Shown: positions 50,344-60,974 of the stretch, one piece after another
How positions within the stretch are numbered: the stretch's first letter is position 1
Layout of the letters: every line of letters starts with the position of its first letter
Source of the DNA: Candidatus Methanomethylicia archaeon
GTDB lineage: Archaea; Thermoproteota; Methanomethylicia; CALHIW01
Assembly (NCBI GenBank): GCA_038845975.1
Contig: JAWBQF010000004.1
Coordinates: 72,020 to 136,019, forward strand
DNA length: 64,000 nt
Reading direction: 5' to 3'
Notes under the pieces: model-generated
Seen by the model: the letters and a program-made list of their open reading frames with translations, nothing else
Told to the model about the DNA's origin: nothing
Databases searched by the model: none
Position numbers and translations under genes: made by a program

Positions 50344-52278
50344 GTGAGGAGGACTACTAGAGCTATTACCGTCTTTATCCTTTTAATCGTTATTGTGTTT
50401 TTAACATACCTCGGTGTTCTTTATGTTTCTGCAGCTTCTGCAAAGTATAGCATATCTAAGGCAAGCTTATTGGAAATCCCTGATCTGGTAGAGGTCTTGC
50501 TTTCAAGACGGCTTGACTTGGAGCTATGCTTAGATATAGAGGGTCATGGCTTACTATCAGTTCCAGTAAGGTCTCTTAGCGGTCAGCTATACCTGGAGGA
50601 CAAGTATGTTGGGAGTATTAGAAGCAGGGAACCTTTCCAGATTCCAGCCTCAGGTACTAGAACAATTTATATTATTCTCCACTTAGATCTTTCAAGCATT
50701 TCCTTAAGCGACATTCAGTACATTATTAATTCTATTTCCTCTCATAATGGTGAGGTGAAAATAAGTTTTGATGGTCAAATTGAACCAGTAATTCTATTCT
50801 TTCCAATAGTCATCCCAGTTTCATACCAGTTCTACACCTTAACATCTTCAAACGCACCGAAAATATCTAGCCTATCTTGGCATCCAACATCTATCACCTT
50901 AGGAGAGACAGCTGAATTCCATGTTACTGTTAGAAATGTATTTCGAGCAACTCCTATAGATGGTGTACTTGACGTAATTGTTAAGGAGGATGTTATAGGC
51001 GGCTTTGATGTTGATGCTAATATTTATCATTTCTCCGTACACTTATTACCTGGAGAATCCAAGACATTTAGCGGATCCTTTAAACCTTATAAGAGAAATA
51101 TTACTAGAGGATTCTTCCTGAAAGTCCAATGGGGATCCAGCATTCTAGCAGAGCAGGAAAACACATATCCTCCAAGGCTTTCCGTCGCAAGTGGTGTCCT
51201 AAGCCTTGTTGAAACCTATTGGACGGTAGATGGCTTAAGAGTTACAAAGTGTAAAGTGGGAGAAGAGGTTGTAGCACACATTATTTTGAAGGCAAGCAAT
51301 GCTCCGGTTGAAGGTACTGTAAGAATAAAGATAAGAAAAGATTTAGTGCTACGACCAGACGAGGACATTAAGATTTCAAGCTTCACTATATCCCTTAGAA
51401 AAGATGAATTAAGAGAATACACCTTAACATTTACTCCAAGCGAACCTAGTGGAACAAGTCTACGTGGCTACTTCATCGAGATTGAGGGAGAAATATCGTG
51501 GACTATGCCAGATGCTTACCCTCCAAGATTAACCGTAAGTAAAGATGGAATACCATCGGTAGTTAGTGCATGGTGGACAACATCTGCAGGTACTGTTACA
51601 GAAGTGAAGAATGGAGAAACCGTTCAAGCACATGTCTGCATTAGAGCATTAGGAGGAGATTTACAAGGAGCTATAACAATACGAGTGAGAAAGGATCTTG
51701 TTTCATTACTTGATGAAGATTATGAAATACAAACATACACGCTATCTCTTAAAGAGAACGAGCAGACGGAGTTGACAGTAGTATTCATAGCTTCAGAGGT
51801 AACAAGCCCATTTTTTAGAGGTTACTTCATTCAAGTAGACTTCGTCACGTGGGGTATTTCGTGGACTATGGAGAGCTCATATCCCCCTAGGCTAAAGGTA
51901 AGTGAGGCACCTATTGGAGGCATACCTTTACTTCAGAAAGCTTGGTGGACAGTGGACAATCAGGTTGTCACAGAGGCAAAGCAAGGACAGACCGTGAAGG
52001 CACATGTATTAGTTAAGGCAATTGATGGAAACTTAAAAGGCATATTAACAATTCGCATCCGTAAAGATTTAGCGTTACTTCCAGACGAAGACTATGAGGT
52101 GGAATCCTTCAGTATCAATGTACCCAAAGGCCAAACCGTGGAGTTAACTGTGACCTTCCTTGCATCAGAGAAATCCAGCTTCAGCTTCAGAGGATACTTT
52201 ATCCAAGTGGATTTCAACTCTTGGGAGACATCATGGACTATGGAGAGCTCATATCCTCCAAGACTGAAAATTACTTAA
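50344..52278 (+). CDS. Membrane-anchored LEA_2-like protein with four tandem ~120-aa repeats
   Basis: N-terminal TM helix, a LEA_2-like beta-sandwich, then four repeats each ending in YPPRL. Confidence 0.85.
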   Translation: MRRTTRAITVFILLIVIVFLTYLGVLYVSAASAKYSISKASLLEIPDLVEVLLSRRLDLELCLDIEGHGLLSVPVRSLSGQLYLEDKYVGSIRSREPFQIPASGTRTIYIILHLDLSSISLSDIQYIINSISSHNGEVKISFDGQIEPVILFFPIVIPVSYQFYTLTSSNAPKISSLSWHPTSITLGETAEFHVTVRNVFRATPIDGVLDVIVKEDVIGGFDVDANIYHFSVHLLPGESKTFSGSFKPYKRNITRGFFLKVQWGSSILAEQENTYPPRLSVASGVLSLVETYWTVDGLRVTKCKVGEEVVAHIILKASNAPVEGTVRIKIRKDLVLRPDEDIKISSFTISLRKDELREYTLTFTPSEPSGTSLRGYFIEIEGEISWTMPDAYPPRLTVSKDGIPSVVSAWWTTSAGTVTEVKNGETVQAHVCIRALGGDLQGAITIRVRKDLVSLLDEDYEIQTYTLSLKENEQTELTVVFIASEVTSPFFRGYFIQVDFVTWGISWTMESSYPPRLKVSEAPIGGIPLLQKAWWTVDNQVVTEAKQGQTVKAHVLVKAIDGNLKGILTIRIRKDLALLPDEDYEVESFSINVPKGQTVELTVTFLASEKSSFSFRGYFIQVDFNSWETSWTMESSYPPRLKIT

Positions 52279-52679
52279 AAGCTTCATTAACTATGACGAT
52301 ATTAATATTCATGAATTATTCGATCCGATCTAAAATATGAGAAATTCATTCCTTTTTAAACTTGAACGACTTCAAACTCTACGGAACTGTTTTTAATCTT
52401 GGTTCTTCAGATGTAAAAATGATGTTCCAAGCATCTATTTCCAGTCCTCCAAAATCATCCTTAACCTTACCATATTCTTCATCAAGTATTCTATGGAAAG
52501 TTTGGTATAATAGTTTAAACCGTTCCTCCTTCATAAGTTACCATAAACCATATATTACTACTAATTGAAGACCCTTCTCTATAAATGTTTTCACATCAAT
52601 TCCTAACTCTGAAGTTACTTTTCTAATTCTATTATCAAGCTCATCCATCGGGATGTTTAGTGGAAGATTACTTATAAGG

Positions 52680-53378
52680 GAATTTAGGTATTTATGCTTT
52701 TGCCGGTGGTCTTCCTAGGGTTTGATGTGGCCTATCCAGTTATACCATAGGGTGAAGAGCCTTAGGAAGAGCTCGACCTTAAATAGCCTCCTCCTCGTCT
52801 GGAAGTTATGATAGAATCATTTCATTCGTCCTTAAGGCTTCTAAACCATCGTTTCACAGCATTCCTAAGTCCAAAGCCTCCATTGAAGCCCATAGAACCT
52901 AAGAGCTTCAGGATACCAAGGGCCTCGATCGACGAGGATGAGGGGTTTGTTAAGACATGCATTAAGAACTTCCTTTAGGAATAGGTCGGTATCTAGAATG
53001 CTTCGCTGCCACAATACCCTTATAGCAAGGAGCCCTTTGTACGTCATTACTGCCCACACATAGAAGTCCAGCATCCTTAAGCTTTGTCTATGGCTACGGC
53101 CTTTTTCCTCTTAGGCTTCATATCGAGCCCTATACCTTCCATCTTCTGAACCCCGCTTCCATACCTACGTGGCTCTCCTCTATGGCTCGGCATACGTATG
53201 CTACCTATAGCTTAGACCAGCCAAATATAGGAGACAAACCCTCACCTTAAGCCTAACCGAAACCTATTATGCCTAAAGATCCCTTTATCCTTCAGAGCTT
53301 TGGGGAGTCTACCTATAACATAAACCACCCCAGAAGAATAGACCCTTAAAACACCTCAAAAGCAGAGTTAACAGTATC
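52680..53378 (-). mobile_element. Decayed IS6-family element (second subfamily), copy 1
   Basis: Fragments YVWAV and KPLILVDRGPWYPEAL. Ends in TTAACAGTATC and is homologous to 57965..58648. Confidence 0.8.
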
Positions 53379-53635
53379 TCTTTTTTGTTAGAATCTTTAT
53401 TTTATCTATTTCTTTGATTTCCATTTTCTATATGGTGTTTCTCTATCTAATGATGTGTGTAGTCTTATCAATTATAGTATTCCATTCAGTACATAGTCTC
53501 TAAAGCTTCTAAACATCTTCAAGTAATCTATAAAGGATGCTTAAATATATCCAATAAAGTTCTATGAAGCTTACACTCATATAGAATGAAGAGTAAGCTT
53601 AATGAATAATTCTATTATAACTTGGGAAAATTAAA

Positions 53636-53763
53636 GCTTTGTGGCTTAATATTCATTTCTCGTAATCTATATCATTAAATACTATGGTTATAAGTGCTTA
53701 TTAAGCTTTTTCGTACTTTATGTAAACTTGAATTTGCAAAATTTCGGAATTAAGCCACAAAGC
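53636..53763. mobile_element. MITE (128 bp) derived from IS5-family element
   Basis: Perfect 15-bp TIR GCTTTGTGGCTTAAT / ATTAAGCCACAAAGC, identical to the IS end at 63152. AAAATTAA occurs on both flanks (53627-53634 and 53765-53772). Confidence 0.85.
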
Positions 53764-53827
53764 AAAAATTAACATTACAAATCTCTAATAGTATACAAGC
53801 AGTAGTAATGATTTAAACTACTATACT

Positions 53828-56236
53828 TCACGTCATATTAATGCTTACTAGCTTCTCTATTGTTTCAGCTATTTTCAATATGTATGCTTGTGCTTTTCTT
53901 GTTAGCTTTCTTGTCTCCCCATAATGCTTTACATATTCCTCATCATCCTCACCTCCCATAATTGCTTCTAATAGTTTTCTCCTTATGTTTACTGGTGGAT
54001 AGCTTAATGGCTTAACATTATCTTCAACATATTTTCTTAATGGTATCTTATACCATTCAGACTCTATAGCTATTGATGCTGCTGTGTTTATTATGGTGCT
54101 TAAAGCCTCAACACCCTTACTTGTTAGTTTTCCGTTTTCTACGTATTCCCCAAATTCCTCAATTCCCTCAACTATGTATTTGTATAGTTTCTCCCTTACA
54201 TTTAATAGTGGTAGGATTGTTGGTTGTTTCAGCTTGAAGTTTATCTTATCTATGTTTTCAATCCATCTATATGCTTCATCTTCATCCATTCCCAATATTG
54301 ACTTTAATGCTGATGTATAGTTTTGACTGTTAACCTCTCCTGTTATGCATATTTCTTTAAGCTCACTATACGTGAACGATATGTTTAGCCTTACATGCTC
54401 CTGAAGCTTCACTACTGGATTTCTTAATGTCCCCCTTACTATTTCCCTATCTACCTCATTTCTTATTGATGCTAGTGTTGGTGGGATTTCAGGTGTTTGA
54501 ATTATGAATTCACCAGTATTCATCTCCGTAACTATCTTTATGAATTCATCCTCATACCTTCTCTCAACCCCTAAAACATTCATCATGTCTCTAGCCTCAC
54601 TACCTGAAAGCCTCATAACAATCCTAACACCTGAATTCGTAAATACATCAGGAGTTATTAGTGATGGATTCTGAGTAACTGCTATTATGTATACTCCATA
54701 CTTCCTCAACTCCCTATATATTCTATCCAGTATACTATGCCTTAACCCTATTTGAGCTACTCTATGAGCTTCATCCAGAACAATATATAGATTACTTATC
54801 CTACCCTGCTCTGCAAGTATGAATACTAGGTTTAGGATTAAATGTATTGCTAATGTTTTCTCCTCATCACCTCCTAGACTACTAAGATCTACAGCTATCC
54901 TCCCCTTCAACTCTGGAGCTGTAGGCTCACCAACTACATCTAGCGCCCCTCCAACAAACGGCTTTATCCTACTCCTCAACGCTGCATATAAATTCCTCTC
55001 CTCCTCCCTCCTACTTATCCTCATGCATGCTTCAAGCATAACATCAAGCTTTGAGAAACACTTACCACCACTTCTACTCGAAGTAAATGCTGAAAGTATA
55101 GCTTCCTGAGCAGGTGTTACTACATCTTCTCTTCCATATCTTACTCTAAGCAGTGATGTAAATACATCTATAGCATTATCTTTAAGCATGTTTGAGAATA
55201 TGTTTAGCCTTAGATCCCTAACTGATAACACCCTATCAGCTATAATACTCATCTGACCTGTCGGATCAATAATTAATACGTTATGTTTAAGCTGGCTTAC
55301 TACATGCATTACCAGAGTTGTCTTACCGCTACCTGTAGCTCCAACAATAATCCAATGATAATTTATGAATGGTATATGTAGTGGATATGTCTTCTCAAGA
55401 TTTCTCTGCAAGGTATATCCTAGAAACAATCCATCATTAAATCTCTGCTTATACTCATATATGAATTCATGGTCTGGATATGGGTAAATAATTGATGAGA
55501 GCTGACATGATGGAATAAGGATTCTAAACCTCAATACATGGTTAGGTCTAGATTTAACAGACTTTACATTATCTCCATTAACTACCGATGCTAAAACCCC
55601 CTCACCACCAGCATGAATAATCCTAACAGATGAAAGCTCATAATCAAGCTCCTGGTTAACCCTCCTTAACAAATACCTTTTCAACCATCCTACCTTATCT
55701 ACATCAATAACCGTTACCCCACATGTTCTAAGCTTAATATCGTTAAGGGATTTAGATAGCTTAACTATTCTCCTATCATCTACTTGACGTAAAGACTCAA
55801 CAACCCTACACTCATAAACCAACTCTCCACCCCTATAAGCCCTAAACCTATTAAATGAGAGGTTAATACTTGTTATTGGTGGACTACATTCCTCAAGTCT
55901 TGCACCCATCCTCTCAAAACAATTCCTAATATCATCACCATCAAAAACATACAGATACTGCTCACCCCTAAACACAACTATTCTAAACCTCCCAGATACA
56001 TTCTGAAGCTGAAAAGCACCACAACATAAAACCCTAAAACAAGACCCCTCAAGCCTAATACTAACGGGAATAAAGAAATCAAAAACAAAAAACAACATAA
56101 TAATTAAAACTAGTAAAACAACATTATAAATCCCAGACATATTAAAGGGTAAAACATGAATAGGCAAGGTAAACATCACTAATCCAAGCATACACATAAA
56201 TATCTTCAAGATATCACCAACATAAACCACTAACAA
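53828..56236 (-). CDS. HerA/VirB4/FtsK-superfamily ATPase with N-terminal TM helices
   Basis: Walker A GATGSGKTT, Walker B IVLDEAHR, Arg finger ELRKYG and TQNP. The true start may be TTG at 56209 after GGTGA. Confidence 0.88.
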   Translation of the reverse strand: MLVVYVGDILKIFMCMLGLVMFTLPIHVLPFNMSGIYNVVLLVLIIMLFFVFDFFIPVSIRLEGSCFRVLCCGAFQLQNVSGRFRIVVFRGEQYLYVFDGDDIRNCFERMGARLEECSPPITSINLSFNRFRAYRGGELVYECRVVESLRQVDDRRIVKLSKSLNDIKLRTCGVTVIDVDKVGWLKRYLLRRVNQELDYELSSVRIIHAGGEGVLASVVNGDNVKSVKSRPNHVLRFRILIPSCQLSSIIYPYPDHEFIYEYKQRFNDGLFLGYTLQRNLEKTYPLHIPFINYHWIIVGATGSGKTTLVMHVVSQLKHNVLIIDPTGQMSIIADRVLSVRDLRLNIFSNMLKDNAIDVFTSLLRVRYGREDVVTPAQEAILSAFTSSRSGGKCFSKLDVMLEACMRISRREEERNLYAALRSRIKPFVGGALDVVGEPTAPELKGRIAVDLSSLGGDEEKTLAIHLILNLVFILAEQGRISNLYIVLDEAHRVAQIGLRHSILDRIYRELRKYGVYIIAVTQNPSLITPDVFTNSGVRIVMRLSGSEARDMMNVLGVERRYEDEFIKIVTEMNTGEFIIQTPEIPPTLASIRNEVDREIVRGTLRNPVVKLQEHVRLNISFTYSELKEICITGEVNSQNYTSALKSILGMDEDEAYRWIENIDKINFKLKQPTILPLLNVREKLYKYIVEGIEEFGEYVENGKLTSKGVEALSTIINTAASIAIESEWYKIPLRKYVEDNVKPLSYPPVNIRRKLLEAIMGGEDDEEYVKHYGETRKLTRKAQAYILKIAETIEKLVSINMT

Positions 56237-57133
56237 TATAATTCATAAAATATAAAAAACACTAAATATGGTGGAGATAAGAGGAGTTACATGGAAAGCT
56301 TCAGATACATATTCAAACACACTTCTCCTAACGACCAAAACCAGATCCTTTAAGGTGATTAAAGGAATCTAAAACCCCATCTAAATATTCAACATCCTTA
56401 AGGTACTGCTTAAGGTTCATTGGAAGACCTGAATTAACTTCAATATATACCTTCCAACACCCAACGCCTAAGCCAAAGAAAATCTTCAGCAGGGAAGATT
56501 TAGAGGGATTTTATAAAGAGTTACTAAGCCTCAATATGAAAGCCTTCCCCCTACTGGCTGCATCGAGTAGCCTAATGAGAGGATATTTAGAATATTGGTT
56601 GAGAAGTTAAGGGAGAGCTCGGAGACGAAGATAGGAGGTCAATTAGGCAGTAGGCAATGTGGCTAGATTTGCTGGCCTATTGGAGGAGGAAAAAAGGAAG
56701 CTATTGATGTATTTCCCGGAACATACAAAGTTGGTTTGGCGAATGCCCTATCAAACCTAGCTAAGGAGATGGAGAGCATAGATGAACAGGTAAGACTTGA
56801 GGAGATTGGCGAGGAGATATTGATGAAGCCTGTAGAGGAGTTAATTGGGAAATGATCAATCGATGAATGAACTGCTGGAAAATAAGTGTACAATTTTGAG
56901 GAATTGATAGATGAAAGCTTTAAGAATAACAGAAATCAAACAAGATGACAAAGAATAGAAGGTCTTAGACATTGGTAGGATTGTTTAAGGAGACAAGATA
57001 CTTCAGGAAGATGCCTTTAAGGATTCAAGATGAGGTGGTCGCTGAAAAACAAAGATGAGTTCAAGTGAAAAGTTTCCGTGATAGCTCATTAAAATAAAAG
57101 GCCAAAGAGTATAATCCTCTTTAACTTATTTTT

Positions 57134-57517
57134 CTAAATTATCATAGATGTTGGTGGAATTTGCTTGAACTTTATCTCATCTTCCTTAATGTAAATTCCA
57201 TAGCTCTCCATTATATTCAATCCTATGATTACATCCCTCGCTAAATCCTCAATAACCCCAATAACCTCCATCTCAGGCAAAACATACCCATCAACTTCTA
57301 GATAAACTGTAGTATGTCCAATGAGCTTAGCATACTTCCCTCTTACTGCTAAAGGTATTTCCCTTGGCTTTTCAAAAAGCTCATAACCTATCTTCTCTGC
57401 AAATCCCTTACTGAAATAACTCCTCCTAGATCCGGTATCGAATAATGCCATAGCCTCCACTACTTTACCTTCCCTATGCACCCTAATCTTCCTTTCAACC
57501 TTAACCATAAACCTCAC
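57134..57517 (-). CDS. Retropepsin-like (clan AA) aspartic protease
   Basis: ALFDTGS catalytic motif and IIGLN C-terminal motif. Confidence 0.85.
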   Translation of the reverse strand: MRFMVKVERKIRVHREGKVVEAMALFDTGSRRSYFSKGFAEKIGYELFEKPREIPLAVRGKYAKLIGHTTVYLEVDGYVLPEMEVIGVIEDLARDVIIGLNIMESYGIYIKEDEIKFKQIPPTSMII

Positions 57518-57964
57518 ACATTAAGAGCAAACTCTAAAATATAAAAGTTTTAGAAAGAAGTCAATCCCCCTATTAAACCATGAAGAATAACATTGAAGAA
57601 TTAAATAAGATATTATATTTTGTAGTTATACCAAGCTTTAGGTTTCCATAAAATGATAGGCGTATACTTAACATCAGTTCCGGGAATGTTACTTTTATAT
57701 TTATCAACAAGTTTTCTCATCTGAATAAGCACTTCTTTTAATTTTTCACGGCATTCTTTACTAATAATTTAAGCCATTCATCTATATGATGAATTTTCCT
57801 AAACTATTTTTAACAATTCTCTCCATAACAACTTAGAGGAAAGCTCGATAAGTTTCTAAGGGATAAGCGTAATAGATTACCTCTATCTTCTGTTTCCTCC
57901 TACTACCCTTTTCCTTCTCAAGCATCTCAATTATCCTCTTATTAAATTTTCTGCTTAACTAGCT

Positions 57965-58648
57965 GATACTGTTACTTTTAGGTTTATGTTATTGCTGGTG
58001 GCCTTCCTATGGTTTGATGCAGCCTTATCCAGTATACCAGAGGATGAAGAGCTTGAGGAATAATTCGATTTTGAATAGCTCCTTCCTGTCTGGAAGTTGT
58101 TATAGAATCTTTTCGTTCTATTCTTAAGTGTTCGAAACCATCTCTCTATTGAATTCCTCAGCCTGAATGCTACATGCCTCCATATTAGACCATGATTCTT
58201 AAGAGCTTGAGATACCATAGCCTCTTATCTACGAGACTTATTAATGCATACCTTCAGAACTTGCCTCAGAAAAGCATCCAGGATGCTTCGCTGCTATGAA
58301 GTCCTTATGGCTATAAGCTTCTTGTCTTAACATCTATGACCATACATAGAACTGATATCAGCCTCCTTTAGCTTCGTCTATGGCTACGAGGCTTCGACTT
58401 CACATCAAGCCTTACCTCCTCAAGCTCCTTCACCCAACGCCATACCGTGGTTTACATCAACACCTATAGAAGTACGCAATATCCCTATAGCTTAAGCCCG
58501 CCATATATAGAATGCATTCAGCTTCCTTCTAAGCGTAACTTTATTACAGAAGACCCTTTTCCCTAAGGGCTTTAAGAAGTCTATCTATGGAAACAACCTT
58601 CAACAGATGGCTTCTCAAACTCTTCAAAAACCTAAACGTAACAGTATC
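57965..58648 (-). mobile_element. Decayed IS6-family element (second subfamily), copy 2
   Basis: 11-bp TIR GATACTGTTAC / GTAACAGTATC; RNSIERWFRTLKNRTKRFYNNF. Confidence 0.85.
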
Positions 58649-58800
58649 ACAAGTATTAGTGCTAACAGTTTTAAATCCATAATATCTATAACTGAATACG
58701 CGTCTTCACCACAAGAGATAGTTTTAGAGTTTCCACAATAATTGTGCTATGCTGGGATAGCTTTAAGTTTATTGAGAAAATATACTTAAGGTGAAAATCA

Positions 58801-59724
58801 ATGAAACACATTTCAATTTCTCTTTTTTCAATTTTATTTTTTATTTCTATTGTTTATGCTCAAAACTCCATAATATTTAATCTATGTCCAGAATCTGTTT
58901 GTTTAGAGACATGGGAAGGTTTTAATGGGGATGCTATTGGAAACGCTTCCTTCGTTAATGGAAAATTTGATTTATGGATAAATGATACAAGCGGGGGATG
59001 GGGGTTAAGCAAAATTTCACGGGGCTTAATGCCACATTATTGGGGCTTAAGATATGCATTATTAGAAAATGAAATTGAATTAACCCTTAAACAAAACCCC
59101 AATATAATACTTCAAATAGATCTAAAGTTGATTGATTTTAAAAATTACACAGTTTTAAATTCATCAATGAATGTAGCAATAGTTTTTTTCTTTGATGGAT
59201 TTATAACAGATTACCAAGTTAAATGCTATCAAACTGAAATTCAATTTTTCAGTTATTACGGAGATAGAATACAAAAAGGACAACAATGGTTTTTTACATG
59301 GAGAAACGATTCCATAGCGCAGTTTAAATTAGATGATAACCTTCAAAAAGAAACATTTAAACACTATGAATTAAATATAACCCCATACATTAAAACAATG
59401 ATGCAATACTATGGATTAGAAAAAATTAAACTAAAACATATTGAAATCTTTACAGAAGCATATAAAGGATATTGCCGTTTTGAAGTTTATTCCGTAAAAA
59501 TATCAATAAATGAAAATAATTCCGTATGGTATCAAGACCCCAAAATGTTTGGAATAATAGGGTTTTCCTTCATTTTCATTTGCCTTTTAATCTATTACTT
59601 TAAAAGAATACGTTTAAAAAAGAGGGGGAGGGCTGAAGGCAACAGTGTTGCTTGCCTTCATTACCCCTTGTCAAATGCAGCAAATTTAAATACATATCAT
59701 AAGGTATCAGATAATACCCATTGA
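58801..59724 (+). CDS. Hypothetical secreted, C-terminally anchored beta-rich protein
   Basis: Signal peptide (VYA|Q), an aromatic-rich beta domain, and a TM helix followed by KRIRLKKR. Confidence 0.7.
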   Translation: MKHISISLFSILFFISIVYAQNSIIFNLCPESVCLETWEGFNGDAIGNASFVNGKFDLWINDTSGGWGLSKISRGLMPHYWGLRYALLENEIELTLKQNPNIILQIDLKLIDFKNYTVLNSSMNVAIVFFFDGFITDYQVKCYQTEIQFFSYYGDRIQKGQQWFFTWRNDSIAQFKLDDNLQKETFKHYELNITPYIKTMMQYYGLEKIKLKHIEIFTEAYKGYCRFEVYSVKISINENNSVWYQDPKMFGIIGFSFIFICLLIYYFKRIRLKKRGRAEGNSVACLHYPLSNAANLNTYHKVSDNTH

Positions 59725-59879
59725 ATACTTCTGCTTTTACAATTGTTAGCGTTGAAGCCATTAGAACAATGGATATAATTGTTAAAGCAATTTATTTCTT
59801 TCAATTTAATACTTGATTTTTAATGTTGAAAACTTTATAAATTTATTAGGAGGCCTATGTAGTAGATATTGGGTTATGT

Positions 59880-60271
59880 ATGGGATTTTTGAAGTGGAGG
59901 GTTGTGTATGGTGTTTTATGGTTCTTAACAGTTGTTGTTTACTCTATTCCTTGGGTTTCAGTAAATGGTAAAGTATATACTGGATGGTCTTTTACAGTAC
60001 CATTTTCATTTACATATGTTATAGGAATTGTACTTGGACTTATAGTACTACTAATATGTTATAAGCCAGTCTCTATGACGGTAATGGCTGGAATATTAAT
60101 GATATTAGGAGTATTCGGTGCCTTATTTGGCTATACAATTATGAGCTTCTACATGAAGTATTAGGAGCTAAAGCAACTACAGAGGCAGGTGGTGGTTTAG
60201 CATTCATTATATCAATAATATATACTGTTGTAGGAGCTGTTGCTGGTAAAAGAATGATGAAGAAAAGGTAA
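59880..60271 (+). pseudogene. Small multi-TM membrane protein, frameshifted
   Basis: The ORF 59880..60164 continues in another frame as HEVLGAKATTEAGGGLAFIISIIYTVVGAVAGKRMMKKR* to 60271. Confidence 0.65.
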
Positions 60272-60359
60272 TTAAACAATATTTATTAAACCCTAGTTTC
60301 CATCAAATTCCACTCATCAATTAAATTATGTTGAATGCTAATATTAATAGATTATTTTA

Positions 60360-60585
60360 ATTACTAATCATCTTCCTGGTATAGCTCTCATGAACTTGAA
60401 TCCATATTCTTCTAGCTGTAAGAGTCTTGTCTCTATTATTCTTCTTATTCTGGAAACCTATTTAACCTCTAGGTAAACCGTAGCTTGTCCGATAAGCTTT
60501 GTATATTTTCCCCTCACAGCCAAGAGTATAATCTTCGGCTATCTAAATGATTCATATCCTACTCTCTCAGCAAAATCTTTACGCC
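60360..60585 (-). pseudogene. Decayed paralogue of the 57134..57517 retropepsin
   Basis: KDFAERVGYESFR*PKIILLAVRGKYTKLIGQATVYLEV versus KGFAEKIGYELFEKPREIPLAVRGKYAKLIGHTTVYLEV. Confidence 0.8.
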
Positions 60586-60974
60586 ACAAGTAATTAAATA
60601 AACATGACAAATGTCCAGAGAAAGATAATAGGAAAAATGATTTTTCCTGCAAAAAAGAAAAAGTCATTTCATTAATAGACGAGTTAAAGAAGATAAGGTG
60701 TAGGCTTTACGCCTTAATGGAAAAAGAAGAACATGAAAATTAAAATAAAAACATTTACTGTCAGATATGTCATCGTAGAACTTATTTTACCGGAAAAGTA
60801 GTTTATGAAAGCAAGAGACCAGATGTATTGAGTAGAAGCGGGTTGTGATACCACTATAAAGTCAAGACATGACATGCTTGGAGAAAAATACAATCAAAGA
60901 AGAAGAATGGGAAATTTAAGCCTAAATCCAGTAATTTGGATTTACTTCTATTTAAATTTAATCTGAAGTTATTG

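Noticed and set aside
51860-52262. Near-identical DNA segments suggesting a DGR template/variable pair
   Set aside because: Both lie in-frame within protein repeats, the differences are not adenine-specific, and no reverse transcriptase is present.
56500-57060. Stop-interrupted coding-like DNA on the plus strand (similar relics at 52330-52650, 57660-57930 and 62700-63050)
   Set aside because: Probably pseudogene debris, but no family could be recognised.
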